A stretch of 64,000 nt of DNA from the human T2T-CHM13v2.0 reference genome, Homo sapiens, in the NCBI RefSeq assembly GCF_009914755.1, contig NC_060935.1. The stretch is one strand, 5' to 3'. The notes beneath the pieces are model-generated. The model worked only from the letters and a program-made list of their open reading frames with translations, was not told the origin of the DNA and made no database searches. Made by a program: the position numbers and the translations under genes. Of this stretch, positions 23,660 through 40,952 are shown one piece after another. The stretch's first letter is position 1, and each line of letters starts with the position of its first letter.

Positions 23660-26390
23660 GGGATTATTTTGTTTTGTTTCTATTGTGTTTTTTGTGTGTC
23701 TGTCAGCTTTGGTTAAGTCGTATTTTTTTAGGTGATTGTTTTATCTAAATTATCACATAATATATATTTTAAATAATATTCTCATCTTTTCAATGTCTGT
23801 TGGCTTTGTAATGATGTTTCATTTTTCCTGATATTGATAATTTTTATTATCTTTTTCATTGATTAGTCTTGATAGGGATTTATCAATATTACTAATCTTT
23901 TCAAAATACCAACTTTCAATTTTTAAAATTTTAATTTTAGATTCACAGGGGACATATGCAGGTTTGTTTAACAAGCGTATATTGCATGATGCTGTGTTTG
24001 GACTCCTATTGATCACGTCACCCAGATAGTGGACATAGTATCCAAGAGGAAGTTTTTTAGCCTGCGATCCCCCCTCACTTTTGGAATCCCACTATCTAAT
24101 GTTACCATATTTCCCAAGTCTGTGCGTAGCCAACCAACTTTTAATGTTGATTTTCTGAACTGTATTTTAAAATTGATGTTGCTCTTTGTTATTTCATTCC
24201 TATCACTTCTCCAAATTTTATTTGGTCTTTTCTAGATTTTTGAAATGGAAAATCAAAATATTGATAGTCTTTTCTTTTTTCTAATATATGCATTTATGTC
24301 TATCAATTTTCCTTTAAGCCCTTCTTCAGCTTCCTACCCAAGTTTCAGTTTCTTTTTTCAACTTATAAATTCCTTAGTATTTTGTTGTTTAATTTTCAGG
24401 TGGTTGGAGATTTTCTAGTTACATATTTGTTATTGATATGTAGCTTATCTCCATTTAGTCATAGAACTTATTGTAAAGTATTTTAATTTTTTGAATTCTG
24501 TTGAGCCTTCTTTCTGATCTGGCATTTGGTTATTTTTTATAAATGTTCTATGGAACTTGAAAATTGTATGAATTTTGCTCTTGCTTCATTTAATTTTCTG
24601 TACAGGTTAATTAATAGTGTCAAGTTTGTTAATTGTGATGTTCAAATCTATGCCCTAATTTATTTTTTTTCTTTGCTTTATCGTGTATTGAGATAAATAT
24701 CCTAAAGTTTCTGTGATTTTGAATTTGTCTTTTAGTTCTGTCAGTTCTTGTTTTAAATATTTTGAAAGCTATGTTATTAGATGCATACATTTTTGGAAAT
24801 GTGACATCTTTCTATTCAGTTGTCTTATTTATCATTATGAAATGTTCTTCTTTATCTCTATAAATGTTTCAAGCTTTAGAGTCTGATATTAGAGTGGTTA
24901 CACAAACTTTTTGGACTAGTATTTACATGGTATATACTTTGCCATTCTTTAACTTTCAACTTTTTTGTTGGGTTTTTTAAAAAATATTTTATTGTGCATA
25001 TTTAAGATTTACAGCATTATATTATGAGATACATATATATCATAAAATGCTTTTCTGTCGTAAAGCAAATTAACATATCTATCAATTTACACAGCTAGCC
25101 CCCTTTTTGTGTGTCAAGAGCAGCTAAACTCTACTCCTTTAGCACAACATCCCAAATGCAATAGTTTTGTTACCTACAGTCCTCATGTTGTACATTGGAT
25201 TTCTAGACTTAATCATCCTACATATCTGCTATTTTGTATTCTTTGACTACATCTCCCATCCCCTCCTTCATTCCCCTGCTACCTGCCCCTGGTAAATACT
25301 GTTTTATTCTCTGTCTCTATATATTTGAGATCAAGCAGTAATTTTCTTTCTGTGTCTGGCCTACTTTACTTTGTATAATGTTTTCCAGGTTTATACATGT
25401 TATGGCAAATGGCAGGATCTACTTTTTTATGACCGAACATTATTCCATTGTGTGCATGTGGGTGTTTGTGTATACACATCATGTTTTCTTTTCTTTTCCT
25501 TTCATTTTTTTAGAACAGGGTCTGACTCTGTTGCCCACCAGGCTTGAGTACAGTGGTGTGATCCATAGTTCACTGTAACCTCGAACTCCTGGGCTCAAAT
25601 GATCCTCTGGCCTCAGCCTCCTGAGTATGTTGGACTATAGGCACATACCATCATGCCCAGCTAATTAAAAACATTTTTTTTTTTTTTTGCAAAGACGAGG
25701 TCTCAGTATGTTTCCCAGATGGATCTTGAACTTCTGGTCTCAAGTGGTACGTCCGTCTCAACCTCCCAAAATGATGCGATTACAGGCATAAGCAGCCGTG
25801 CCTGACCCACATTTTCTTTATCCGATCTGTTGATGGACATTCAGGTTGTTTCCATGTCTTGGCTGTTGTGAATAATGCTGTGAAGAAATGGGAGTGCAGA
25901 TATCTTTATGAGGTGGTGACTTATTTCCTTTGGGCATATACCCAGAAAAAAGATTGCTGGGTCATATGGTAGTTCTGTTTTTAATTTCTTTAGGAACCTT
26001 CCTACCATTTTTCATAATGGCTGCCCTGGTCTTCATTCCCACCAACAATTCCCTTTTCTCCGTATCTTCATCAACATTTGTTATCTCTTGTCTTTTTGAT
26101 AATACCCATCCTAACAGGTGTGAGTTGATATCTAATAGTGGTTTTGATTTGCATTTCCTCATGATAAGTGATGTTGAGCATCGTTTCATATAGCTGTTGG
26201 CCATATTTGTATCTTCTTTGGAGAAATGTCTATTCAGGTCCTTTGCCTGCTTTTTAATCAGGTTATTTATCTTTCTGCTATTGAATTGTATGAGTTTTTT
26301 CTTTATACATTTTGGATATTAACCCCTTATCTGATATATGGTTTATAAATAACTCCAAGTTTTTAGGTTATTCTTTCATTTTGTTGATAA
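23660..26390 (-). mobile_element. Composite of older L1 fragments (L1M ORF2, L1PA 3'UTR piece, L1MA 3' end)
   Basis: minus-strand peptides SWYFEKISNIDKSLSRL and MANSYMKRCSTSLIMR; L1 3'UTR motifs. Confidence 0.8.
25490..25807 (-). mobile_element. AluJ inserted in L1MA
   Basis: cagggtctgactctgttgccc...tcctgggctcaaatgatcctc J-type features; degenerate TSD catgttttcttt/cacattttcttt. Confidence 0.9.
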
Positions 26391-26857
26391 TGTGTATTTT
26401 TCAGTTACTCATGTGATAATCTGTTTTTTTAACCATCATTCTGTTTTCAAATACTGTATCTTAAATACTAGTGCAATAAACACTTTTAAAATGATGAATT
26501 TAGAAGTAAAGAAAAAATATAATTGAGGATTTCTATTTTTGTCATCTATAATCAGCCATTTCAGAGCAATCTGGAATATGAAACATATTAATGTTAAAAC
26601 CATACTGAATGAGAATAGATATTCCTTGGGTGCTTCAGTATCCCAGGATCTTCTTAGTGAATATTATTTATCATTGCTTGCATAAGTGCTGATAAATAGA
26701 ACATTCTGCTAATAGTATCTCAGGTAACCCAACTTTTGCCGTCTTAGACTCTGTCGAAAAGCCTATATTTAGAAGTACTTAAAAATTATATTTTCAAATA
26801 TTGTATAGTGAAATACAGAAGATTCAGACCAACCAATTGTGTGTTTTTTTTAAATAG

Positions 26858-27021
26858 GACCACGTTATGTGGTACAAATAGGTGACAAAATTATTGACTA
26901 CAATGAAGAATTCCGCCTCTTTTTGTCAACAAGAAACCCAAATCCTTTTATTCCACCGGATGCAGCTTCCATTGTTACTGAGGTTAACTTTACTACAACA
27001 AGAAGTGGATTACGAGGGCAG
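26858..27021 (+). CDS. DYNC2H1: DYNC2H1 exon, 164 nt: (G)PRYVVQIGDKIIDYNEEFRLFLSTRNPNPFIPPDAASIVTEVNFTTTRSGLRGQ
   Basis: aatag acceptor, CAG/gtatac donor; overlaps ORF-track 26869..27093. Confidence 0.97.
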
Positions 27022-28009
27022 GTATACATAGATAATAATAATTTACCTTGGAATCTTTTCGAGCTTTATATACCTATTAGACATTGTGAGTGAGAAGCTA
27101 TTTTGTTAGACTAATTAGTATTTACATTTATGATTTTGAAAATAATACTTGTATGTTGGAGTGAAGCATTCTGGCTTATTTCATTTATCATATGTATTAG
27201 ACCTGTACATTTGATGCTAATGTCAAATTGCTGCTCCTTTTAATATAACTCTAATTTTAAAGTTTATTTCTGTTATATGTGGTAGAATTTGAGAGATTGA
27301 TGGATCGTAAAGATCATCTGCATTATATTTTTGGTTTGAAAACTGAAATTTAATTGTGAAAAGTGTAGCTAATTGACTTGTTCAGCTAGTTAAGAGTCTT
27401 TGATTCCTGAGCCAGCATTTTTTTTTAACCATTAGAACACATGGCATCTTTGAAGTCAATTTATCTTCATATGGCTCATTACAGTTCAGAATTATTACAT
27501 AAATTTCAAAATGATTTTTCATGTCCATACTCACATGTTTCCTAACTCATTTTTTCCCCTTTAAAGATATAATGCCAGTTGACTTTTGGAGTATCATCCT
27601 ATTTTTTACTCATCTAACAATAGTAGATTTTTTTCATCTTTTGATTTATATGATAGCATACATATTTGCTGCAATTTTTACTTGATTGTAATTTTTAAAA
27701 TTGTCCTTTCAAAATATTTCTTTGTATACCATATGACTCATCAAGTATATTTTAATGAACAATATCTTTTGATTGACTTGATGATACTTCTTTTAAATAA
27801 AACAATGTGACAATCATTCAAAACTTGGCAGAATTAATTGACAGAATTGCTCCTGCTGTGTAAAAGATCTCCACAGTAGTTGCAAAAAAGGAGCTATGTA
27901 GGTCTTACTTAGCAAGAACTAAATGAAGATGCTTATACAGCAGATTTTGAATTACATATTTTATACCAATGTCTTTCTCTATTTTAGTATTCAGAGTTAA
28001 CAATTTGAC

Positions 28010-28643
<634 letters not shown>

Positions 28644-28987
28644 CTTTTTATTTGTTAATGTGAATACTTACTATTAAAAAAATAGTAATCTCATAATTTA
28701 GTATATTTAATTTAAAACTAAATATTACACATTGATATGTTAAGTAATGCACTTTCTTACAGCTTTTCTACAGTAGTTAATATTTTACTGATCAGCTTAA
28801 CTGTTTTGTCTCTTTTTCATCAGATGTAATTGTTGAAGGTGTCTTATGTTTAATTAGAAAGAATGAAATGAGATAACATAGTATCATATTTGTAATAGTC
28901 TGTCAAACACAAGGCCTGTTTGCAGGAAGTTTTTGTTTTGTTTTAAGCCTTATTGCTAGAATTACCTTGTCTTTTTGTTATCCCAAG

Positions 28988-29107
28988 CTTTTAGCTTTAA
29001 CCATTCAGCATGAGAAACCTGATTTAGAAGAACAGAAAACAAAACTATTACAACAGGAAGAAGATAAGAAAATACAGCTAGCCAAGCTCGAAGAATCTCT
29101 TCTAGAG
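28988..29107 (+). CDS. DYNC2H1: DYNC2H1 exon, 120 nt, buttress start: LLALTIQHEKPDLEEQKTKLLQQEEDKKIQLAKLEESLLE
   Basis: cccaag acceptor, GAG/gtaaaa donor; EKPDLE motif. Confidence 0.95.
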
Positions 29108-29678
29108 GTAAAAGTCTAGCTATTTAGGTTACTTTTTTCGTATTACTTTTTTTTTAATGAATACAAATAACAGTGTTTGGAAAATTAATAGTATCTTCAG
29201 ATTTTTTTTTCCAAAGACATATTAGTGTATATCTTACAGTCAAAATTCTAACAAGAAGGGGAGCTATGTTTTGGAATACAAGATCTTAATGAGCAATGTT
29301 TAAGACAAGCAATTTTTAACTAATTTGTATTGTTTTATTATTTAATTATATGCTAATAATTTCAAGAAGCATTGAAAGCAAGAAATTATAACAATCTGTA
29401 ACTTTAAGTAGTTTTTATTTTTTATTAAATTGACAAAATTAATACCTTGCTATGTTTGATAATGATATAATTTCTTAAAATAATTTATGAATTCATTTGA
29501 TATAAGAAGACTATAATAAAAACAGAATAAAACTTTAAGAGGGCTATAAAATGTTGAAATTCTTCTAAAATAACATAAGTTGCCATAAACATCAAATGAA
29601 TGACAGTTAATATGGGTTTGCTTTAATTGGTTATTTTTATATGTATAATAATATTCATATTGTTAACTTTCCCTACAG

Positions 29679-29813
29679 ACACTTGCCACATCTCAAGGCA
29701 ATATTTTGGAAAATAAGGATTTGATTGAGTCTTTGAATCAGACAAAAGCAAGCAGTGCACTTATTCAAGAGTCACTTAAAGAATCTTACAAACTCCAAAT
29801 TTCCCTTGATCAA
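29679..29813 (+). CDS. DYNC2H1: DYNC2H1 exon, 135 nt: TLATSQGNILENKDLIESLNQTKASSALIQESLKESYKLQISLDQ
   Basis: ctacag acceptor, CAA/gtaatt donor; GNILEN buttress-tip motif. Confidence 0.97.
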
Positions 29814-30579
29814 GTAATTATTTCCTTCTTTGTAATTTCGTATTATGTTTTCTTGAACATTTAGGTTAATATGATAGAAAATGTAGAATCAGGTCCTCAG
29901 GGGAAAGATGATGTGAAAAGAAAAAAGCTATTCAAAAACATCAGAACATTGGGTTTGATTCTAGTTATTGTAGAGAGGGAATTCAGATGTTGGCACACTG
30001 AGGATAAGGAGTGTTTGTCAGTATACCCTGCTGCCTTCTACTGATTTCTGGCATAATGTTATCTAAGGTAGAGCTGCAGTTTTGTACTAAAATTGGAAAT
30101 GAGTATATTGAAAATGAGTATTAGAGAATATCTTTGCCGTTCTTAGAACTTTTCTTAAGTTAAGGCAAGTTAAATATACTAATTAAAAGGGTTATAAGCT
30201 CTAAGGTACAGTTATTGGCTCTTTTCATGCTTATAATGAACAGTGCTGGGTACTTTATTATCCTAATGTGGACACCTGTTAGAGTCATCTTCTCTACCTC
30301 TAGTTCCATCAGTGTTCTTATTGTCACCAATCCTATACTCATAGTTCGAACTTTTCTTCACATCAGAGATAGCCTGATAGCGCTGTGCTGTCTTGCGTTA
30401 CCTTAACTGATTCTCTTTTGAAATGTAAAATTGGATCATCTATTCTCTGATCACAAATATTTACCATTTCATCTTACCCACTTTCCCCTAATACTAGTGC
30501 TGTTGGTCCTCATTAAGACCAATCTGTGAACCACTTCTAGCTCTGTCAACTGAGAGGTAGAAAGGTGTTTAAAATATAT

Positions 30580-30957
30580 TGCTATAGTCTGAATATTTGT
30601 GTGTCCTCATCACCCCCAAAATTCATATGTGGAAATGTAATCCCCAGTGTAATAGTATTAAGAGGTGGAGGTTTTAGAAGGTGACTAGGTCATGAGGGTG
30701 GAGCTCTCATGAGTGGGATTAGTAACCTTATAAAAGAAGGCCAAGGGAGTTTTTTAGCCCCTTCCAGCATGTGAGAACACAGCAAGAAGCAGTTCTTTCT
30801 GTGAACCAGGAAACAAGCTCTCACGAGACACCAAATCTGTTGGCACCTTGATCTTGGACTTCCCAGCTTCCAGAACTGGGTGAAATAAATTTCTGCTATA
30901 TAAAAGCAGAACGAGTTTAGTGTATTTTGTTATAGGTAGCCTTAATAGACTAAGACA
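30580..30957 (+). mobile_element. MLT1A-type MaLR solo LTR
   Basis: TG...CA termini (tgctatagtctgaat...gactaagaca), aataaa, 5-bp TSD tatat. Confidence 0.9.
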
Positions 30958-31180
30958 TATATTCTTTGCAGTTTTATAAAAATGAGGAAGAAAAACTAGA
31001 TTTTGCTATCTTTTTTAGTTAGAAACCATGATTCATCATCTTCATTTGTTTTATGTGCATAGAAAAAGTAAGGTTTTTTTATTACTTGGGTAGATATGTG
31101 CATTGTAGTCTTTAGGTGGCAGTAAAGCACTAATTCTAAGGTGTTTCCACCCTATCCCCTACTGATCTCTTGATCCATAG

Positions 31181-31324
31181 GAACGGGATGCCTATCTCCC
31201 CCTGGCTGAGAGTGCCAGCAAGATGTACTTCATTATTTCTGATTTGTCCAAAATTAATAACATGTACCGTTTTAGTTTGGCTGCTTTTCTCCGACTTTTC
31301 CAACGAGCTCTACAAAACAAACAG
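31181..31324 (+). CDS. DYNC2H1: DYNC2H1 exon, 144 nt: ERDAYLPLAESASKMYFIISDLSKINNMYRFSLAAFLRLFQRALQNKQ
   Basis: ccatag acceptor, CAG/gtaagc donor; MYxFSL dynein motif. Confidence 0.97.
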
Positions 31325-31944
31325 GTAAGCTGTTGGATACCCTGTACCAGAGACTGAATTACAGGGATTACTTTACTAGGGATAGTACTTAATTTATAAT
31401 AAAAATTATTAAGCAAACTTTCATAGAATTATGTTCCAAAAGACCACATGTAACACTTTTAAGCTATATAAAGAAACTACTTAATTTCTTTTTATATTGT
31501 TAACAAGGTGTCCCAATGTGACAATCTTTTTAATGAAAACAGTTTATGTTCTGAGTATAAATTAATAAGTAATATATAATCATTTAAAAAACCCAGTGAT
31601 TCTGAAAGGTATAAAAATAAGAATTATCCCTATAATATCATTACCTGGGGAAAACAACATTTAACATTTTATTATATATCCTTGTTGTTTAAGGCAGTAA
31701 CTTTCCAGATAATGGAGGTACACTTGTCCACTGCCTTATCAAGCATGTATTCTAATGGAGGGAAGTATGTATTAAAGGATAACAAATTGTTTTAACTAAA
31801 AGATACAATACTGTGCTTTAAAAAGTGTATTAGTGTATTATGGACAGCTTTCCTACCAGTGAATATAAACTTAATGTTTTTAAGAGATGGTGAGGCTATA
31901 CCATACTTTATTTAACCACCTCCCATATATGCACATTGTTCTAA

Positions 31945-32370
31945 TTATTTCTGTTGAGTATCGTATTAATCCGAAACTTGGCCAATTAAAACTATTTTCT
32001 TATGCTTATTGATTCTATTGGAAATTTAGTCAGGACTCAGCAGGGATGACTTTGTTTGTTTCACAACGTCTAGGACCTCAGCTGAGAGGACTTGAGAGTT
32101 GAGGGGCTAAGACAGGTGCTTCACTTGCCCGCCTGGTGCTGTGGGTTGGGAGGACTTGACGACAGGACTGCCAACTGCAGCACCTCTGCAGGAGGCTTGG
32201 CTTTTTCACAGCACTGAGTAGATGGATGGACTTCTTATTTTTTAGCTCAAGGCACTAAGTATGTGTTTCAGTGAATAAGGCTGAAACTGAATAGCCTTTT
32301 AAAATGCAGCCTTAGGTCTGTGTCATTTCTGCTGTATTGTACTGGCTGAAGCAGTCACAAATCTATGTAG
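31945..32370 (-). mobile_element. Old MLT1 MaLR LTR fragment
   Basis: ggactcagcaggg...ggacctcagctgaga...gtgtcatttctgctgtattgtactgg...gcagtcaca. Confidence 0.6.
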
Positions 32371-33460
32371 AGTACAAAACTTTCTGCTGTTTAAAAAATC
32401 TACTGGATCTTGTAGGTACAGTACTGTGTCTTATGATAGAGTGACTTTTAGGAAATCCAAGTCTCAATTTCATATGTGATCTTTGTTAACATATAGTGAA
32501 ATGAATACAAGTATTTGCTATCTAAAGTAATGATTAGTTGTCTTGGTTAGAACATGCTACTACAAGGCTAGAAGCCTAGGATTAATGCATCTGAGTTCCA
32601 GTTCATAATGTTTTCTTTATACCAATTTCACACATTTCTTTGCTGATCCTGGATGTATTTTTCTAAGCATTAAAATTGTTTTACTAGGTTTTTTTCTTGG
32701 TATTAATTTATAAATCACAAGGAAGCAAGCAAATTTAGTCTAATTGTTATACCAGAATTGATCTTCCTAAGACATGTATTCTCCAAATGCTCTGAGATGT
32801 AAAACTTACATCACACTAAGGGAAAAGGACAGGTTGACAACCTACCCTTCCTCCATTTCTATGCCAAACAATTTTTCTTTAATCAAAGGAAATAGACACT
32901 AATAACATGTTTTTCAATTATTACAATCTTGCAAAACGGAATTATTATATCAGATCAAAAACTAAAATTTTATGTGAGTTTTTACAGCATCAATTTCAAA
33001 GTTATTGTTCATCCTTATTCATCCTGCAGCACATGATTTAAGATCATTGAGGTTCCCATATTGAGAATGAGAAAATTCTTTATAAGGTATTCTTGTCATA
33101 TTGTTTTGGGGCTGGATTGATAATTATAATATAAATAATTAAAATGGCCTTAACCTAGATTGATGTAGATAGTATTTTAATGCTGATAGGAGACTGATAT
33201 AAAATTCAACTTATATTGTATTATTGGGAATTGATTGTAATTTTCATTTCTTGAAAGCTTTAACTCTATACATTAAAGAAAGATGCGTCATTTTTTAATA
33301 TTATATTAGTATACAAGTTTAATGCACTTGTTTAGTCCCTTGAATTTGATGGTTAAAGATACTTGTTTCAGAATCAGCTTTGAATCTGGAGGAACAATTT
33401 ATAGGCGTACTTTTTAAATGTTTATAAATTTCCTAATGAATTTCCAATTATAATCTACAG

Positions 33461-33550
33461 GATTCTGAAAATACAGAACAGAGAATCCAGTCACTTATCA
33501 GCTCATTACAACATATGGTATATGAATATATATGTCGTTGTCTATTTAAG
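33461..33550 (+). CDS. DYNC2H1: DYNC2H1 exon, 90 nt: DSENTEQRIQSLISSLQHMVYEYICRCLFK
   Basis: ctacag acceptor, AAG/gtaaga donor. Confidence 0.96.
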
Positions 33551-33843
33551 GTAAGAAGCATCATATTTTTCAAATATAAAATACTACTTGTTCTGTGATT
33601 TAACGTAATATTTATAGTTATAGTATAACTCTTTCCCTACTGGAAAGGTATTAAAAATGGTATTTCTGGTATTTTTCCAGAACATTTAACTGGAATGCCT
33701 TATAGCATTCTTGGTTGTAGTGGGGAAAAAAGTGACAAGTGAAGAAGGGACAGCAAACACTGCGTTAGCTGACTTAGTTCTAAATATTCCAGTGGTCACC
33801 AAAAGAGATAATGACAATGGATTATGTATCTCATTATATAGCT

Positions 33844-34035
33844 AGACTTTCTCATCCTCAGCAACTGACATTTTGGGCTACATAATTCTTTGTGTGTGGG
33901 ATGTTGTTCTGTGCGTTTTAGGATGTTTAGCAGCATCTCTGCCTTCCAGCATTCCTTCCCATCAATTGTGAGAATAAAAAATGTCTGTGGACATTGTCCA
34001 ATGTCTCTGGGGTTGAGGAACAAAATTATTTTGCA
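33844..34035 (+). mobile_element. MER20
   Basis: gacattttgggctacataattctttgt...ggatgtttagcagcatc...aaaaatgtctgtggacattgtcc. Confidence 0.8.
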
Positions 34036-34190
34036 TTGTTAGCATTAGGAAGTAAACTAGTGTTTGATCCTGAGTTATGAAATTTTTTACAGAAGTCTTC
34101 ATATTACGTGTGTTCCAGAAGAGAACACACATCGGACAATATTTTAGAAATTTTAGATATTAGAAAACGCAGAGGCCTTTTTGTACTTAG

Positions 34191-34491
<301 letters not shown>

Positions 34492-34723
34492 AGAATTTTT
34501 TTTTTTTTTAAATAGCAATCTGTGGGTATAGCTTAAGACATAATGTTGCAGAATAGCTTTGTAAAGGCAATTAATTCAGAGAAATAGAATTATTATGGTT
34601 CAATTATATAGGCTTCTTAGAAAGTGTTGAAAAATATACAGTTAATGTATTTTTAGAACAGGATAGTAATTTTTGTGATTTTGTTGAGGATCTTTATTTG
34701 AGATACAGAATAAATCCTTCAGA

Positions 34724-38970
<4,247 letters not shown>

Positions 38971-40952
38971 GATAGTCTTCAAGCTCTCAGATTCTTTCCT
39001 CCACTTCATCTATTCTGCTCTTAATAATTTAGATTCCTTATAAAATTCTTGTAGTAAGTTTTTCAGCTGTATCAGATCAGTTGTATTCTTCTCTATACCG
39101 ACTAGGTTGTCTGTCAGTCCCTGCATTGTTTTATCATGATTTTTAGCTTTCTTGGATTGCCTTTCAATGTATTCCTGTAGCTCAATGATCTTTATTTTGA
39201 ATTCTATTATCTTCTTTATCCATATTATGAATTCTATTTCTGTCATTTCAGCCATCTCAATGTGGTTGCTTGCTGGAAAGGTGATGAAGTTGTTTGGAGG
39301 AAAGAAGGCACTCTGGCCTTTTGAGCTTTCAGGTTTCTTGGGCTGGTTCTTTCTCATCTTTTTGGGCCTACCTATCTTCAGTCTTTGAGGTTGCTCACCT
39401 TTCGATGGTTTTTTTGTTTTTCCTTTTATTCTATTTAATGACATTGAATGTTTGATTGAGGTTTAAGCTGGATTTAGTTAGCTGCTTTTGTTTCTGGAAG
39501 ATTTTAGTGGGCCAGCGCTCATCTCCCATTTCCTGGACTGTGTGCCCTAACTCTGGGGGACTCATATTGGGCCCCAACTTTGATCTCTGGCTCCTTGGGG
39601 TTAGGAATCCACTGTGGTTGGGAATCCACATGTAGGGCAGTCAGGGTGGGTGGGGTGGGAGGGGCAAGGCGCTCTGTGACCGCTGGTCACTACACTGCGA
39701 TAGGTGGTGTTACCTAAGTGTTTCATAGTGCGGTTACAGTGGGATTCATCCCTGTTTGCAAGTGCCAGCAGCAGTGGTAGCAGCAGCTGTGTCAGGGTAC
39801 TAAATGGTCCCAGAGTGCCTACCTTTCTGCTTGCATTAACCAGGTGGGGGAGGCAGCACAGCTGCGGGGAGGGCATGTGGGGCCCCTGCAGATGACTGTG
39901 TGCATGATCACACTGCAGGTGGTGTTGGCTCAAGGGCAGGGCCCCTGTGGGTGCAGGTGGGTGCCTTCTCTGTGACCCTGCAAGCAGGAGCGGTCACTCA
40001 GGTCTGGGGAGCATCTTCTCTTCTCTGCACTTAGTTCCATTCCAGTGGCAGTCTTAGCACAAAAGTCAGCCACTAGCGGGGGTGGGGCCAGCTGGTTCTC
40101 TGCCTGCCAAGGCTCTTTTTGCGATGGTGGTGGGTGGTGGGAGGTTGGGCAGACTGCACTTTCACATGCTGGTATGGCAAGGAAAGCAAAAGCTGGCTAT
40201 GCATACATGCACCGCAAAGATGTGTGGAGTTGCTGTGGATCGTGGGGAAGCTGGAGTGTGGGGAGGGAGCGCATGGGCTGGTGCACAGCTATGGAGACAG
40301 CTCTGCTGGAGCTGTCTGCCAGTCAGGCACAGTCTGCTAATGCAGGTCCCCTGGGCACCTGAGGCTGCCCTGCAAGCAGGCGTGGCCAGATTGGGGCTTC
40401 CGGAGATGCCAGCAGACCAAGGGGTGCTCAGGTTAAAACAGCCAGTCTAATGGGCAAGACTGCCCTGCAGAGTTCAGGACAAACAGTTCCCTTAGAGCTG
40501 AAGTCTCCAATGGGAGCAAGTTGAGCTGGGAATGGCCATTCCTGGCCAGCTCTGCTGCACATACTCCGGTACCAAACCCCCTGGGCTCCACATCAGCTGG
40601 CTTGCTGCCCCTACCACTTCTGTAAGCCCCTCTCCCTGCCAACTCAAGTGTCTGTGGTGGTCAAGGGATCTTTTCCTGCCCGGGTTCCAGAGGCCTGTGG
40701 CGAGAAAAGGTTGCATCTTGCCGGTTCAACTCACTTAGTCCCCAGAGCCACTGAGGGCCAGGAACAAGTCCAGGTGTGCAGTAGCTCTGGGTGGGGTTCC
40801 CAGCTTTCTCCTCCTTCAACCGAGCTTCTGTGTCTTCCCTGTATCACTCTTGGTGCTTTCCCTCTGAAGATCTGTTAGGGCCCGCCAGTCTTCTTGGCCC
40901 TTCAGTGGGAGCTGTTCCACCTGGTTGCATCTAGTAGGTCATCTTGCCTTCC
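38971..40952 (-). mobile_element. Older L1 (L1PA13-16-like) 5' part only: long 5'UTR and first third of ORF1
   Basis: minus 5' end caagatgacctactagatgc; ORF1 MRKNQPKK from 39357 within ORF-track 39010..39444. Confidence 0.85.
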
